A stretch of DNA of 64,000 bases from Armatimonadota bacterium (GCA_016235455.1 JACRKZ010000029.1:1-64000); one strand, 5' to 3'; shown: positions 23,380 through 33,153, counted from the first letter of the stretch. The notes: generated by a model not told the origin, from the sequence alone. Translations and numbers: made by a program.

Positions 23380-25310
23380 TGGAAGCTGTACGTGGGCACG
23401 CCGGCGATCCAGCCATAGACCGGCCACAGGCACCCCACGACGTAGTCGCCCAGCACCAGCCCGATGAAGAACGGCAGCGCCCGCCGATAGCCGCGGATGC
23501 CCCCGTAGCGCAGGATCAGGCTCTTGGCGCACCAGGCGATGAGCATCGGCACCCACACCATGCCCATCGAGTAAGTACCAGCGATGGCCAGACCCAACGG
23601 ATGGAACGGCCAGCGCGCCCAACGCAGCCGCACCACCTGCAGCAGGCCCGCCTCGACCAGGCCCACCAGCAGCGCAATCGACGCCGACGCATCGGGCGGC
23701 ACGGGATTGGTCAGCCAGCCATCCAGCCGGTTGAACGCCTCGCTGCCGAAGTACCGTAGGTGTCCAGCCATCTTGGCCGCCACGCCCCAGCGGTAACCCA
23801 GGTCCAGATGCGCCCAGAACCCGCACAGCGTGCCCACGACCGTAGCGATGAGCAACGGCGCGAGCATGGCGCGCGGTGGCTGATGTTGGGTCTGCGCTAG
23901 CTTGAAGCTCTCTATCTGGTGCGCGATGGGGATGCTGCGGTAGGCGCGGTTGAACCAGTAGAAGTAGGTCAGCGCGCCCAACTCGCGCGCCGTGAAGCCG
24001 CGCGGGCCGAAGAACGTGGTCAGCAGCCGCTCAGGGCCGGCGAAGTGCAGATCGTGCGCCGGCGGACCCAACTCCGCGCGCATCCGCGCACAGGCCAGCG
24101 CGATCAGCAGGTACAGCACCATGGCCGACAATGACCAGCCCCAGGGCAGCCCGGCACGCTGGAAGAACCAAGCCAGCCAGATCGTGCCCGCTGCCAGACC
24201 GAACCACGCCAGGCGATAGCTGATCAACTCGCGGTCGCGCTCATCGGCCAGCGGCTGCCAGATGGCGCGCAAGACCTGCGCCACATAGCGTCGACCCGTC
24301 CACAGTGCGGTCAGTGCCACGGCCAGATAGGCGCCGACGCACTGCTCCTCGACATACGGGAAGCGCGGGATGGCGCCCGACAGCCCGACCATGGCGCCGG
24401 TGACGCGCTGGGCTTTGAAGAACAGGTAGAAGAACCAGCACGAGAACAGCAAATCCACGGGCAGCATGAAGCCCAGGCCGACCGCGAACGGATAGAAACT
24501 GACCGGCGTCCAGCCAATGGCACTCCACGGGCGTTCGGTGATGGACGGGCCGATGTCGTGGGCGCGAACAGTCAGCGTGGGCAGCGCCGGAATGAGCTGA
24601 GCCAGGCCATTGAGCAGCGTGATGCCGCCGGCTACCGCGATGCCCTGCCACAGGCCGGGCTGGCGCCACAGCGCCGCCTCATCGTCGCACAGCGCCAGTG
24701 GCACGGCCAGCACGGGAAACGCCAGGCGCTCGTGGTCGGTCCACCGTCTCCGCATGATCGACGCCAGACAGGCCATCGTGCCCAGCAGCACGGCGATGAA
24801 CGTGCTCCACAGCACCACCGGCGGCGCCCAGGCGCGCAGGTGGCGCGGCAGGTAGAGGCTGGTGTTCCCCTCATACCAGCCCCGCAACGCACCAGCATCG
24901 CGCACGATGAAGCCCGGTGCCAGGTTGGGGATCAACCGCTCGACCCAGCGGTTGCTGCCGTCGGCGAAGCGCACCGGGTGGCCGATCATCGGGACCAGCA
25001 CATCGAGGAAGTCGACGCTGACGATGGCTGAGCCGATGCACAGCATGACGTAGACGGTCAGCAGTTCCGTCGCGCTCAGCGCCGCCGACGGCCGCACGCG
25101 CAGCAGCAGCCGGTTGAGCCCCACCAGCAGCACGAGCCACAGCACCACGTTGCCGAACAGCGAGAATGTCGTCGGGTAGGGTCCGCCCGAACGGCCCATC
25201 TCCATCTGCACGAGCAGGAAGGCATTGGCCGGCAGGAGCAGCGTGCCGAGCGCCACGGCCCGCACGCTGACCCCGCGTCGACCACCCTTGACCGTGCCGC
25301 CAGCCGCCAA
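23373..25310 (-). CDS. DUF6785/DUF6784-type polytopic membrane protein (OPT-like putative transporter)
   Basis: Many TM segments; RRRWTDHERLAFP, FYPFAVGLGFMLPVDLLFSCWFFY, RMRAELGPP, WPFHPLG and FFIGLVLGD. Start uncertain: TTG 25310 chosen because 25340 lies inside a promoter motif. Confidence 0.8.
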   Translation of the reverse strand: MAAGGTVKGGRRGVSVRAVALGTLLLPANAFLLVQMEMGRSGGPYPTTFSLFGNVVLWLVLLVGLNRLLLRVRPSAALSATELLTVYVMLCIGSAIVSVDFLDVLVPMIGHPVRFADGSNRWVERLIPNLAPGFIVRDAGALRGWYEGNTSLYLPRHLRAWAPPVVLWSTFIAVLLGTMACLASIMRRRWTDHERLAFPVLAVPLALCDDEAALWRQPGLWQGIAVAGGITLLNGLAQLIPALPTLTVRAHDIGPSITERPWSAIGWTPVSFYPFAVGLGFMLPVDLLFSCWFFYLFFKAQRVTGAMVGLSGAIPRFPYVEEQCVGAYLAVALTALWTGRRYVAQVLRAIWQPLADERDRELISYRLAWFGLAAGTIWLAWFFQRAGLPWGWSLSAMVLYLLIALACARMRAELGPPAHDLHFAGPERLLTTFFGPRGFTARELGALTYFYWFNRAYRSIPIAHQIESFKLAQTQHQPPRAMLAPLLIATVVGTLCGFWAHLDLGYRWGVAAKMAGHLRYFGSEAFNRLDGWLTNPVPPDASASIALLVGLVEAGLLQVVRLRWARWPFHPLGLAIAGTYSMGMVWVPMLIAWCAKSLILRYGGIRGYRRALPFFIGLVLGDYVVGCLWPVYGWIAGVPTYSFQQ

Positions 25311-25331
25311 CTGCCCGCTCCGCGGGTGGCG

Positions 25332-25357
25332 TTCGCCCAAGTGGCGAGCATCCCTGC
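25332..25357 (-). promoter_or_regulatory. sigma-H-like promoter GCAGG-N17-CGAA
   Basis: Minus strand reads GCAGGgatgctcgccacttgggCGAAc. Confidence 0.55.
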
Positions 25358-25376
25358 CAACGGACTGGCGCTACGC

Positions 25377-26822
25377 CTACCGATAGCACTCCAGCTCGGT
25401 GATGGCCATCTGCCCGCCGCGCTGACCCTCGCCGTCGGGCTTGCGGCCCAGCACGCGCACGTACCGCGCCGCGACCGGGTCGAAGGTCAACTCCGTCGCG
25501 CTGCCGTCGTGGTCACGGCGCGACCCGACCTCCTGCCAGGATCTGCCGTCGGCCGACAGCGCTACAGCGAACTCGGTGGCGAAGACCGCGCGCCCGAATC
25601 GCACGACGACGCGTCGCAGCGGCTGAGCCTGCTCCAGGTCGACTTCGTAGGTCCAGGCGTACTCGCCGCCGGCCTGCGCCACGGTGTTGGGATCGCCGTC
25701 GTTGCCGAAGTCGGCCGTGCGTGCCTCGCTGCCCGAGCCCGACGGTCCCAGTTCGTGGCTGCCGTCGAGACTGAGCAGCCGCGCCGGTCGGTAGCAGGCC
25801 AAGTTGCCCGGCGGCACCGGTTGGCGATGCTTGATCCACTCCAGGCGCTCGGTCATGCGGCGCAGCGTCTCGACGTGCGACCGCTCGATCATACCGTCGC
25901 GATACAGCAGCAGGTCGATGGTGACCACGCCGCCCGCGCGGTTCACTCGGCCCACGTACTCGGCCAGCCATTTGGAGTCGTAGCGCAGGCCGGGCGTACA
26001 CCAGTCGTTGCCCAGGTACGACAGAATGTGCCACTGCACACCGTCACACCACCGGCTCCGGGGCACCTCGCCGAAGGTGTTCTGCTCGCCGGTGGTGTAG
26101 TCGTCGTTGAGCGTCGAGGAGTTGGAGGCGTTCATCTTCGGGTTGTTCAGCGCGATGATGCGCCGGGGGTTGCCCGCGCGCAGGCCGGCGGCCAGGATGC
26201 TCCACTTCTCTTCGTTGTAGCCCGAGAAGCCGTAGCAGCCGTCCACCCACCAGCCCAGCACCTTGTCGCGGTAGCGCTCGCCGTACTCCGCGACCACCGA
26301 CGCCCAGTTGCGCACAAAGGCAGCCGGGGTGTCGGCCGCGTAACCCAACGCCTTGGCCGCCTTCTCGTCTTGCCGCGGGCCGTCGCCGGTCCAGTAGAGC
26401 ATGAGCTTCACGCCGCGCTTGTTCAGCGACTGATAGAGGTCTTCCACCAGGTCGCGCGTGCTGCACGCCTCGCCGGGTTTGTAGCCGGTGAGCCGGTCGA
26501 AGGTGGCGTTGGGCGCGATGAGGTACCGCGTGCGCTGGTGCATGGTGAAGATACAGTAGTGCGCCCCGCTGCGGGCGACGCCCTCGGCAAAGCGCTCGGT
26601 GTCGAAGGCTCGAATGGCCGCATCCCAATCAGCCGGGCCGCCGGTGTTGGCCACGCGTTCGCCCACCACCTGGCAGTCCCACAGGTAGTGTACGAACACG
26701 CCCCAGCCGGCCTGGCTGAACCAGTCAGTGTTCTGTGCGCGGTCGGCGGGCAGTTGGCACTCGGTCGGCGCGACGATGCCGGCCATCAGCAGGTGCGACG
26801 CAACCACAGTCATCAGTGTCAT
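25377..26822 (-). CDS. GH29-like alpha-L-fucosidase with C-terminal F5/8 type C (CBM32) domain
   Basis: WFSQAGWGVFVHY, FD.ERFA...A.SGA.Y..FT and WWVDG nucleophile motif; discoidin motifs VDLEQ, SADGRSW and ARYVRV. Confidence 0.8.
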   Translation of the reverse strand: MTLMTVVASHLLMAGIVAPTECQLPADRAQNTDWFSQAGWGVFVHYLWDCQVVGERVANTGGPADWDAAIRAFDTERFAEGVARSGAHYCIFTMHQRTRYLIAPNATFDRLTGYKPGEACSTRDLVEDLYQSLNKRGVKLMLYWTGDGPRQDEKAAKALGYAADTPAAFVRNWASVVAEYGERYRDKVLGWWVDGCYGFSGYNEEKWSILAAGLRAGNPRRIIALNNPKMNASNSSTLNDDYTTGEQNTFGEVPRSRWCDGVQWHILSYLGNDWCTPGLRYDSKWLAEYVGRVNRAGGVVTIDLLLYRDGMIERSHVETLRRMTERLEWIKHRQPVPPGNLACYRPARLLSLDGSHELGPSGSGSEARTADFGNDGDPNTVAQAGGEYAWTYEVDLEQAQPLRRVVVRFGRAVFATEFAVALSADGRSWQEVGSRRDHDGSATELTFDPVAARYVRVLGRKPDGEGQRGGQMAITELECYR

Positions 26823-26876
26823 GGTGGCCCTCTCAGAGCGCGAGCGTACCACATCGACGGCCGACGCTTGTGTGCC

Positions 26877-27821
26877 TCACTCGCTGTCGGCCTTGCTGCG
26901 GCTGAGCCCCACCTCGACCCGCGGGCCCGGCGGCTCGGCAGAGGACAGTCCGCGGCCGGCCGCTTCGACCGTGAATCCGGCCTGACGATGGGCGACGGCT
27001 CGCAGCGCACGAACGACCGGCTCGAATCGGCGGTCCTCGGGCAGGAAGATCGGCTCCGCGCCATCCAGGTGGACCACCCAACCGTCCCTTTGGCGGTCCA
27101 AGGCCCGCACCTCGCGCCAGCCAAAGTCGACCTCGTAGGCAGGGGCCGGCGGGTCGCCGGCAGCCTTCTGCACCGTCAGGTGGCAGCCTTCCTCGTTGGC
27201 GACCAGGTGGTGATGGCCTGCCGGCTCCCGCTTGAGCCGGTCCAGAATCCACTCGCCGACCGGCGCAAACAGCGGCGCGAGGAGGAAGGTCAGCAACCAG
27301 GCCGACCAGTGGGGCCAGCCGCAGGCGAAGGCGATGACGGCGGCCGGCACCGTCGCCAGCCAAATCGGGCAGCCGCAGCCGATCTGGATGTCCCACGCGC
27401 CCAGGCACCCGAGCGTGTCGAAGCCATGGACCCGGACGGTCGGATCGATACTGATGGCCTGCCGGCCGCCAAGCCAGCGCAGCACATCACGCTCGTCGCA
27501 CTCGTCGGTCGGGAGGTGCTGCTGGTACGTCTCGATCGCCGCCAGCAAGGCGCGGAGATCGGCCCTCGGTGCCGTCAACACGAGGTCGCCTGACACCGTC
27601 GTCAGCAGCAAGCGGCGGTTGGCCAGCCAGGTGGCGCGGAGCACGTCAGTCCATGGCGTTCGCCGCGAGCGGCCCAGCCACGGCACCACGGTGAGCCCAG
27701 CCGGGTCGGCCACGACGGCGCGGCGATTGTGGCGCCAGCCACGTCGGTCTCGACATCGCACCGCGGGCTGGGCCGCCCAGGCCCCCAATGCCAGCGGCGG
27801 CAGTGTCGTCATCGAAGCCAT
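26877..27821 (-). CDS. hypothetical membrane protein (PH-like / 2 TM / PH-like), paralogue of 29726..30640
   Basis: Two central hydrophobic helices; shares DRRGW..NRRA.VA...GLTV..W.G and C-terminal GLS repeats with the paralogue; extended -10 TGTGGTACGCT upstream. Confidence 0.65.
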   Translation of the reverse strand: MASMTTLPPLALGAWAAQPAVRCRDRRGWRHNRRAVVADPAGLTVVPWLGRSRRTPWTDVLRATWLANRRLLLTTVSGDLVLTAPRADLRALLAAIETYQQHLPTDECDERDVLRWLGGRQAISIDPTVRVHGFDTLGCLGAWDIQIGCGCPIWLATVPAAVIAFACGWPHWSAWLLTFLLAPLFAPVGEWILDRLKREPAGHHHLVANEEGCHLTVQKAAGDPPAPAYEVDFGWREVRALDRQRDGWVVHLDGAEPIFLPEDRRFEPVVRALRAVAHRQAGFTVEAAGRGLSSAEPPGPRVEVGLSRSKADSE

Positions 27822-27908
27822 GGCGCCCCTTCACCCAGGGAGCGTACCACACCGGCGAGGAGGATATCCAGCGGCCACGGCGCATCGCCTGGCAGGAACG
27901 AGGACCCT

Positions 27909-29732
27909 ATGCATCGCCTGACGTGGTTGCTGATCCCCTGGTTGGCTGTGGCGCTGCACGCCGCCGACGGCTGGAACGTACGCGACTTCGGCGCCGTCGG
28001 CGACGGCAAGGCCGATGACACCGCCGCCTTTCAGAAAGCGCTGGACGCGGCCAAGGCTGGCCTGGGCGGCGTGGTCAGCGTGCCCACGGGCAAGTACCTG
28101 ATCGCCGGCCATCTGGACGTGCCCGATCATGTCACGCTGGAAGGCGTGTTCCGCGCGCCCACCGCGCGCAGCCAGGGCTATGGCAGCACGCTGCTGGCCA
28201 CCGAGAGCAAGGGTCAGGCCGATGGCACCCCGTTCCTCTTTCTGCACGCCAACGCGACCCTCAAGGGTCTGACCATCTTCTACCCCGAGCAGGACCGCGA
28301 CAAGCCGACGCCCTACCCCTGGTGCGTGCGCGGCTGGGGCGACAACGCCAGCATCATCGACGTGCTGATGGTCAACCCGTGGCAGGCGGTGGATTTCGCC
28401 ACGCATCCCTGCGGCCGACACCTCATTCGCGGGCTGTATGCGCAGGCACTCTACCGTGGCCTGCAGGTCGACCGCTGCCTGGACATCGGCCGCATCGAGG
28501 ATGTGCACTTCTGGCCGTTCTGGGACGTCGGTCCGTCGGCCGCCACCGAGCTGACCAAGCGCGAGGGCATCGCCTTCAGCTTCCGCCGGACCGACTGGGA
28601 GTACGTCAGCGGCAGCTTCTGCATCAGCTACAACGTGGGCATGGAGTTCGTGACCGGCGGCGACGCCACGGGGCCCTGCGCCGGGCCGGGCAACGTACTT
28701 CTGACCCAGAGCGGCGCCGACTGCTGCGTTACCGCGGTGCGCGTGGTGGAAAGCCAGCGCCATGCGGGCATCAGCTTCGCCAACTCGCAGATCTACGGCG
28801 ACCTGGTGGTCGAGCCGACCAACACGGGCATGGTGCGCTTCACCGGCTGCGGCCTGTTCGGCAGCATGGACGGCCAACGCGGCACGGCGCTGGCCAAGCT
28901 CGCGGGCAAGGGACGCGTGTCGTTCGAGAACTGCTCGTTCAACTGCATCGACCCGGCCAACCGGGGTGAGTTCGTCATCGAAGCGCTGGCCGGACGGCTG
29001 AGCGTGCAGAACTGCCAGTTCCTCAATGCGCCGTATACCGCGGTCAACCCCGAAGCCATCCGCCTCGGCCAGCAGGTGGCCGGCGCGCAGATCCTGGGCA
29101 ACGAGTTCAACCACACCATGGGTGTCATCAACCACGCCGGCGGCCAGGTGATCATCGCGAACAACCTGGAGAACACGGACATCGAGGAGTACTACGTGAC
29201 CAACGGCGGCCGCTGGTGGCCGCTGGAGCGCATCGAGGTGGGCACGGAGACCGCCGACCTCGCGCCCAACGGCGGCTTCGCCGCGGGCGAGGAAGGCTGG
29301 ACGCGCATCGGCCCGGCCTCGGTCGAGAAGCCGGTCGCGCCGTTCCTCGATGAGCGGGTCATGGTGGCCCGGCCCGGCGCGGCCAACGAGCCCGTTGGCC
29401 AGTACTGGCGCGGCCTGACGCTCGAGCCCGACAGCGACTACGTGTTGAGCGCCTACCTGTGGAACTTCACCACACCCGAGCAGAGCGCCCGCGTGTTCGT
29501 CGACCTGCTCGGCGTCAAGCCGCTCAATGTCTATGCCATGCCTGGCAAGAGCCGCGCGGGCATATTCGTGATGATGCCCTTCAGTACCAAGGACACGGGC
29601 ACCAAGGTGAGCCTGCGAGCCTGGTACGACATGCCCAAGGGCTGGGCCGAGGGCAAGGTGGCCATGCAGGCGGCGCGCATTGCCGTAACGAAGGCGGAGC
29701 GGTTCAAGGCGCCGCGGGAACGGGCTCAGTGA
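27909..29732 (+). CDS. secreted pectate-lyase-3/GH28-related beta-helix protein with C-terminal CBM4/9-like domain
   Basis: Signal peptide; WNVRDFGAVGDGKADDTAAFQKALD..GGVVSVPTGKY; later LAPNGGFAAGEEGW. Confidence 0.8.
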   Translation: MHRLTWLLIPWLAVALHAADGWNVRDFGAVGDGKADDTAAFQKALDAAKAGLGGVVSVPTGKYLIAGHLDVPDHVTLEGVFRAPTARSQGYGSTLLATESKGQADGTPFLFLHANATLKGLTIFYPEQDRDKPTPYPWCVRGWGDNASIIDVLMVNPWQAVDFATHPCGRHLIRGLYAQALYRGLQVDRCLDIGRIEDVHFWPFWDVGPSAATELTKREGIAFSFRRTDWEYVSGSFCISYNVGMEFVTGGDATGPCAGPGNVLLTQSGADCCVTAVRVVESQRHAGISFANSQIYGDLVVEPTNTGMVRFTGCGLFGSMDGQRGTALAKLAGKGRVSFENCSFNCIDPANRGEFVIEALAGRLSVQNCQFLNAPYTAVNPEAIRLGQQVAGAQILGNEFNHTMGVINHAGGQVIIANNLENTDIEEYYVTNGGRWWPLERIEVGTETADLAPNGGFAAGEEGWTRIGPASVEKPVAPFLDERVMVARPGAANEPVGQYWRGLTLEPDSDYVLSAYLWNFTTPEQSARVFVDLLGVKPLNVYAMPGKSRAGIFVMMPFSTKDTGTKVSLRAWYDMPKGWAEGKVAMQAARIAVTKAERFKAPRERAQ

Positions 29733-30640
29733 GGAGGTCCGGCTGCGGTGGTGCAGCTCAGGCCACGGTCTGGATCAACGGGAGCGTCGGCTGGTGATAG
29801 GCCTCGGCTGAGAGCTGGACGCGCGCCGGCCACGAAACCGAGTCGGCGAGATTCTACCCTTCGCAACACCTCGACTACCACATCGACGTCGTCGAAGGCG
29901 GGCAGAGCTACAGTACGGCCGTCATCGAGGGCTGCCTGCCAACGGCCCATGCAGCGCGACTCCGTGACCTCAGCCCAGCGAAACACAACCGCTGGCAGAC
30001 CTTCACGTTCTATCTGACAGGTCTCGTGGTCGGCCACAACGCGCCACGACGTGCCCTTCACGGCAGTCAAGCGCCGCCAAGGCCCGTCGGCCGCGCCCAT
30101 CAGGAGCCCCCAGCTCAGGGCGGCCACCGCAGGCCCGACCAGAGCGAGAAGGCACCCCGCCACCACCTGCAACGAGGCAGACAGGTCGGTGACCAGCAGC
30201 ATGGCCACCGCCAACAGAGCCGCGACCACTGCCATTCCGGTGAGCTGCAGGCAGCCAACGCCGACTCCGTCCGAGCGAACGCCGTCAAGCCGTTCCCACG
30301 TTTCCTCGTGTCCAGCGAACGTGCGCGGCGGTCCGAGCCACCGGGAGATGTCATCCGCGCAGATGCCGCTGGCCGCGGTTCGTTGCGCCTCGGCCAGAAT
30401 GTGGTCGGTCAACTCCTCGAAGGCGTCGAGCCCGGCGTCCAGCGTCAGCCAGGCGCCGTCAAGCGTTGAGAGCGTCGCGCTCTTCGGTCCTCGCCATGAC
30501 AAGCCGCACAGGTCGCCCCAGGCCACCTGTCTCGGTGAGCCAACCCACCGCTCCACGGTTAGGCCGTCGGTGCCAGCCACGATGGCACGCCGATTGCGCA
30601 GCCAACCGCGCCGGTCCACATAGCGCTTTGGTTCGGTCAT
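29726..30640 (-). CDS. hypothetical membrane protein, paralogue of 26877..27821
   Basis: GGGGAA RBS; two TM helices; motifs shared with 26877..27821. Confidence 0.65.
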   Translation of the reverse strand: MTEPKRYVDRRGWLRNRRAIVAGTDGLTVERWVGSPRQVAWGDLCGLSWRGPKSATLSTLDGAWLTLDAGLDAFEELTDHILAEAQRTAASGICADDISRWLGPPRTFAGHEETWERLDGVRSDGVGVGCLQLTGMAVVAALLAVAMLLVTDLSASLQVVAGCLLALVGPAVAALSWGLLMGAADGPWRRLTAVKGTSWRVVADHETCQIEREGLPAVVFRWAEVTESRCMGRWQAALDDGRTVALPAFDDVDVVVEVLRRVESRRLGFVAGARPALSRGLSPADAPVDPDRGLSCTTAAGPPH

Positions 30641-30741
30641 GGACGTTCCCCTGATCGGCGCCCCGATGTCCGGTTCCTACCCCGTCCCGCCAGCTCGTCA
30701 AACGCGGCCATGGACGGTACGAGCGTGCGTGCATTCTGCCT

Positions 30742-30810
30742 CCTGAGAGCGGCACTACGGGCGTGCGTGCCGGGCGTTGACCACGCCTGAGCGCCTGAAG
30801 GCGGAACAAC
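30742..30810. repeat. degenerate REP-like copies (CCGCCTGAAGGCGG family)
   Basis: CCTGAGAGCGGCACTAC (30742-30758) and CGCCTGAAGGCGGAACAAC (30792-30810) resemble the reverse complement of 14536-14555. Confidence 0.5.
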
Positions 30811-30820
30811 AAGCCAGGAC

Positions 30821-31249
30821 TCAGCGCTTGAGCGCCAGCACCAGCACACCCGAGGCGATCATGGCGATGCCCAACCATTCACGACCATTGGGCCGCTCAT
30901 GGAGGAAGACCACCGCAAACAGCGCCACCAGCACCAGGCTGAGCTTGTCCACCGGCGCGACCTTGGACGCGTCGCCGACCTTCAGCGCGCGGAAGTAGCA
31001 GACCCATGACGCGCCCGTGGCCAGACCAGAGAGGATCAGGAAGGTCCAGGTCTCGCGCGAGAGCAGCAGCGGGTTGCTCCACTTGCCCGTGGCGCGTACG
31101 AACACGCCGAGCACCACGAAGATCACCGCCGTGCGGATGAGCGTGGCCAGATCCGAGTTGACGCCGGCCAGGCCGAGTTTGGCGAAGATGGCCGTCAGCG
31201 CGGCGAACACCGCCGAGCCAAGCGCCCACGGGAACCAGGCCTCACGCAT
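30821..31249 (-). CDS. EamA/DMT family transporter (single domain)
   Basis: AVFAALTAIFAKLG, SGLATGASWVCYFRALK and VAPVDKLS. Confidence 0.92.
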   Translation of the reverse strand: MREAWFPWALGSAVFAALTAIFAKLGLAGVNSDLATLIRTAVIFVVLGVFVRATGKWSNPLLLSRETWTFLILSGLATGASWVCYFRALKVGDASKVAPVDKLSLVLVALFAVVFLHERPNGREWLGIAMIASGVLVLALKR

Positions 31250-31260
31250 TACGGCTCCTT

Positions 31261-33153
31261 CTACTCGCGCGGCACCGGCAAGCTGCCAGGGTCGATGACG
31301 TCACCGCGCGGGTCGTGGCCCTGCCAACCAAAGGTGACGCCTTGGGCCGGCTTCTCGGGTGTGCAGGTGGCCCGCTTCTCGCTGCCTTCGGCACTGACCG
31401 TCACCTCCACGCCCAGCGGCACCACGAAGCGGCATTCGCCGTTCTTGTCGGTCGTCTGGGTGAGCCTCCGGGGCTTGCCCGCCTCGGTGAACGAGCAGGT
31501 CACCGTGGCGTTGGGAATGGGCTTGCCAGCCAAAGTGCCCATCATGTCGCGCGGGTCGCCGATGACGTCCTTGGTGCAGACCCGCACCTGCACGGTGCCC
31601 ACCGGTGCGAAGTCCGGCGAGGTGATGCGGATGCCCGCCAACTCCACCTCCACCCAGATGCGCTTGGCATCGGCCACGTCGAGGTCGTTGAGCTTGCCCT
31701 CCAGCTTGCCCTTCCGGAGCCGCAACTCGTAGGCGCGCGGGTCCTGTCGCCGGCCGTCCAGGTACAGATCGATGGTCTGGTCGTCGGGCAAGGTGGCCAG
31801 GATCTTCTCGTTGAACACGCCCCGCGGTGTGTGCTCGACGGTGCCCTTCAACGGCTGGCCCAGCGTCTTGGGGCCGATGCCGGTGATGGTGACGGCGAAC
31901 CGTGGCAGGTACCAATCAAGCAACCTGGCGTTTGCGGCCACGGCGATGGGCACCAGCACCTGGGCCATGCTCACGGCGCAGTCGCGATTGGTCTCGTAGC
32001 CGTAGGTGCCCCCCGTGAGCCTGGCGTTGAAGAAGTAGTTGCCCCACGAGTTGCTCTGCCAGGTGCGCTTGGCCATGAGGATCGTGCCGCGGTTCTTTAC
32101 CTCGGCGGTGTAGATGCGCATCTCCGGGTCCCAGGTCAGTTCCCTGCCCAGCGTCGGCCGTGGGTAGACATGCCCGTTGACCGGTGCGACCGGATGGCCG
32201 TCGGGGTCGGTGCCGGAGAGCGTGTCGTTGGTGACGAAGTGCTGGTTGGTATACAGCGCGACGGCCTGGAACAGCCCCTCGGGCGTCGAAGCACCGTAGA
32301 CGGCGCTGGCCGCCTCGGGCGGCATGGCGGCCTCGGGGTCAAGCCGCGACAGCGGGCCGGTGCGCGGGATCGTGGCGTAAGCCGCCTCGACCTCGGGACC
32401 CAGGATCCACTCCTCGTACGGATCGGGCCGCAGCCGGCCGGCCGGCAAGGCTCCGGGATGGCCGTCGTTGCGCGTGTGCGACGCCATGGTCATGTCGGCC
32501 ATGAGGTGCATCACCTCGCCCAGCGCCCGCCAGAACATGGCCGTGGCGCGCTCGCGGTCCTCCTTGCGGACGGGCAGGTCGCTCAGCGCACGACGTAGCG
32601 CCACCGGCCCCTGGCGCCAGCTGTACGCATACTCCCCCACGCCCATGGCCAGCGCGCGCGCATCGATGCGCGGATTGACCGTCTCCACGTCGCGCCGCCA
32701 GGTGCTGCGGATGTACTCCCTGAGCTGGCCCTGCCAGGGAATGTCGGTCAGATAGCGCTCGCCCTCGGCCGCGGTCGGGTCGTAGAAGTGACGCTGGCAG
32801 GCGGAGACCTCCGGCTCGTCGGCGGTGAAGCCGCCCTCCGCCACCCACATGGGCACGTTGAGGCTGGTGTCGCCGGTGCTCATGTCGTCGGGCCAGTTGC
32901 CGCGGTTGGTGTAGGTCGGTCCGACCAGCGTGCGCAGGTCAGTCTCCTTGAAGCGGTACTGCCGCAGGATCGGGTCCTCGTGGCTGGCCTCACGGATCTG
33001 CGTGGTCACCCACAGATCCCACGCGCAACGGTTGATGGCGCGGTGCGCGCCGCCGCTGATGCCCGCCTTGGGGTCCAGGTTCCAGTAGCCCAGCACCGGC
33101 CCGACAGCCATCAAGGCCAGCATGGGCCAGAGCAGGCGGAAAGAGTGCCGCAT
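31261..33153 (-). CDS. secreted Zn-dependent phospholipase C / P1-nuclease-fold protein with C-terminal beta domains
   Basis: GGGAG RBS and ATG 33153; signal peptide followed by W-x12-H; ADEP; RHFYDP; HLMADMTMASH (H-x3-D-x5-H); DGH; DPYE. Confidence 0.7.
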   Translation of the reverse strand: MRHSFRLLWPMLALMAVGPVLGYWNLDPKAGISGGAHRAINRCAWDLWVTTQIREASHEDPILRQYRFKETDLRTLVGPTYTNRGNWPDDMSTGDTSLNVPMWVAEGGFTADEPEVSACQRHFYDPTAAEGERYLTDIPWQGQLREYIRSTWRRDVETVNPRIDARALAMGVGEYAYSWRQGPVALRRALSDLPVRKEDRERATAMFWRALGEVMHLMADMTMASHTRNDGHPGALPAGRLRPDPYEEWILGPEVEAAYATIPRTGPLSRLDPEAAMPPEAASAVYGASTPEGLFQAVALYTNQHFVTNDTLSGTDPDGHPVAPVNGHVYPRPTLGRELTWDPEMRIYTAEVKNRGTILMAKRTWQSNSWGNYFFNARLTGGTYGYETNRDCAVSMAQVLVPIAVAANARLLDWYLPRFAVTITGIGPKTLGQPLKGTVEHTPRGVFNEKILATLPDDQTIDLYLDGRRQDPRAYELRLRKGKLEGKLNDLDVADAKRIWVEVELAGIRITSPDFAPVGTVQVRVCTKDVIGDPRDMMGTLAGKPIPNATVTCSFTEAGKPRRLTQTTDKNGECRFVVPLGVEVTVSAEGSEKRATCTPEKPAQGVTFGWQGHDPRGDVIDPGSLPVPRE

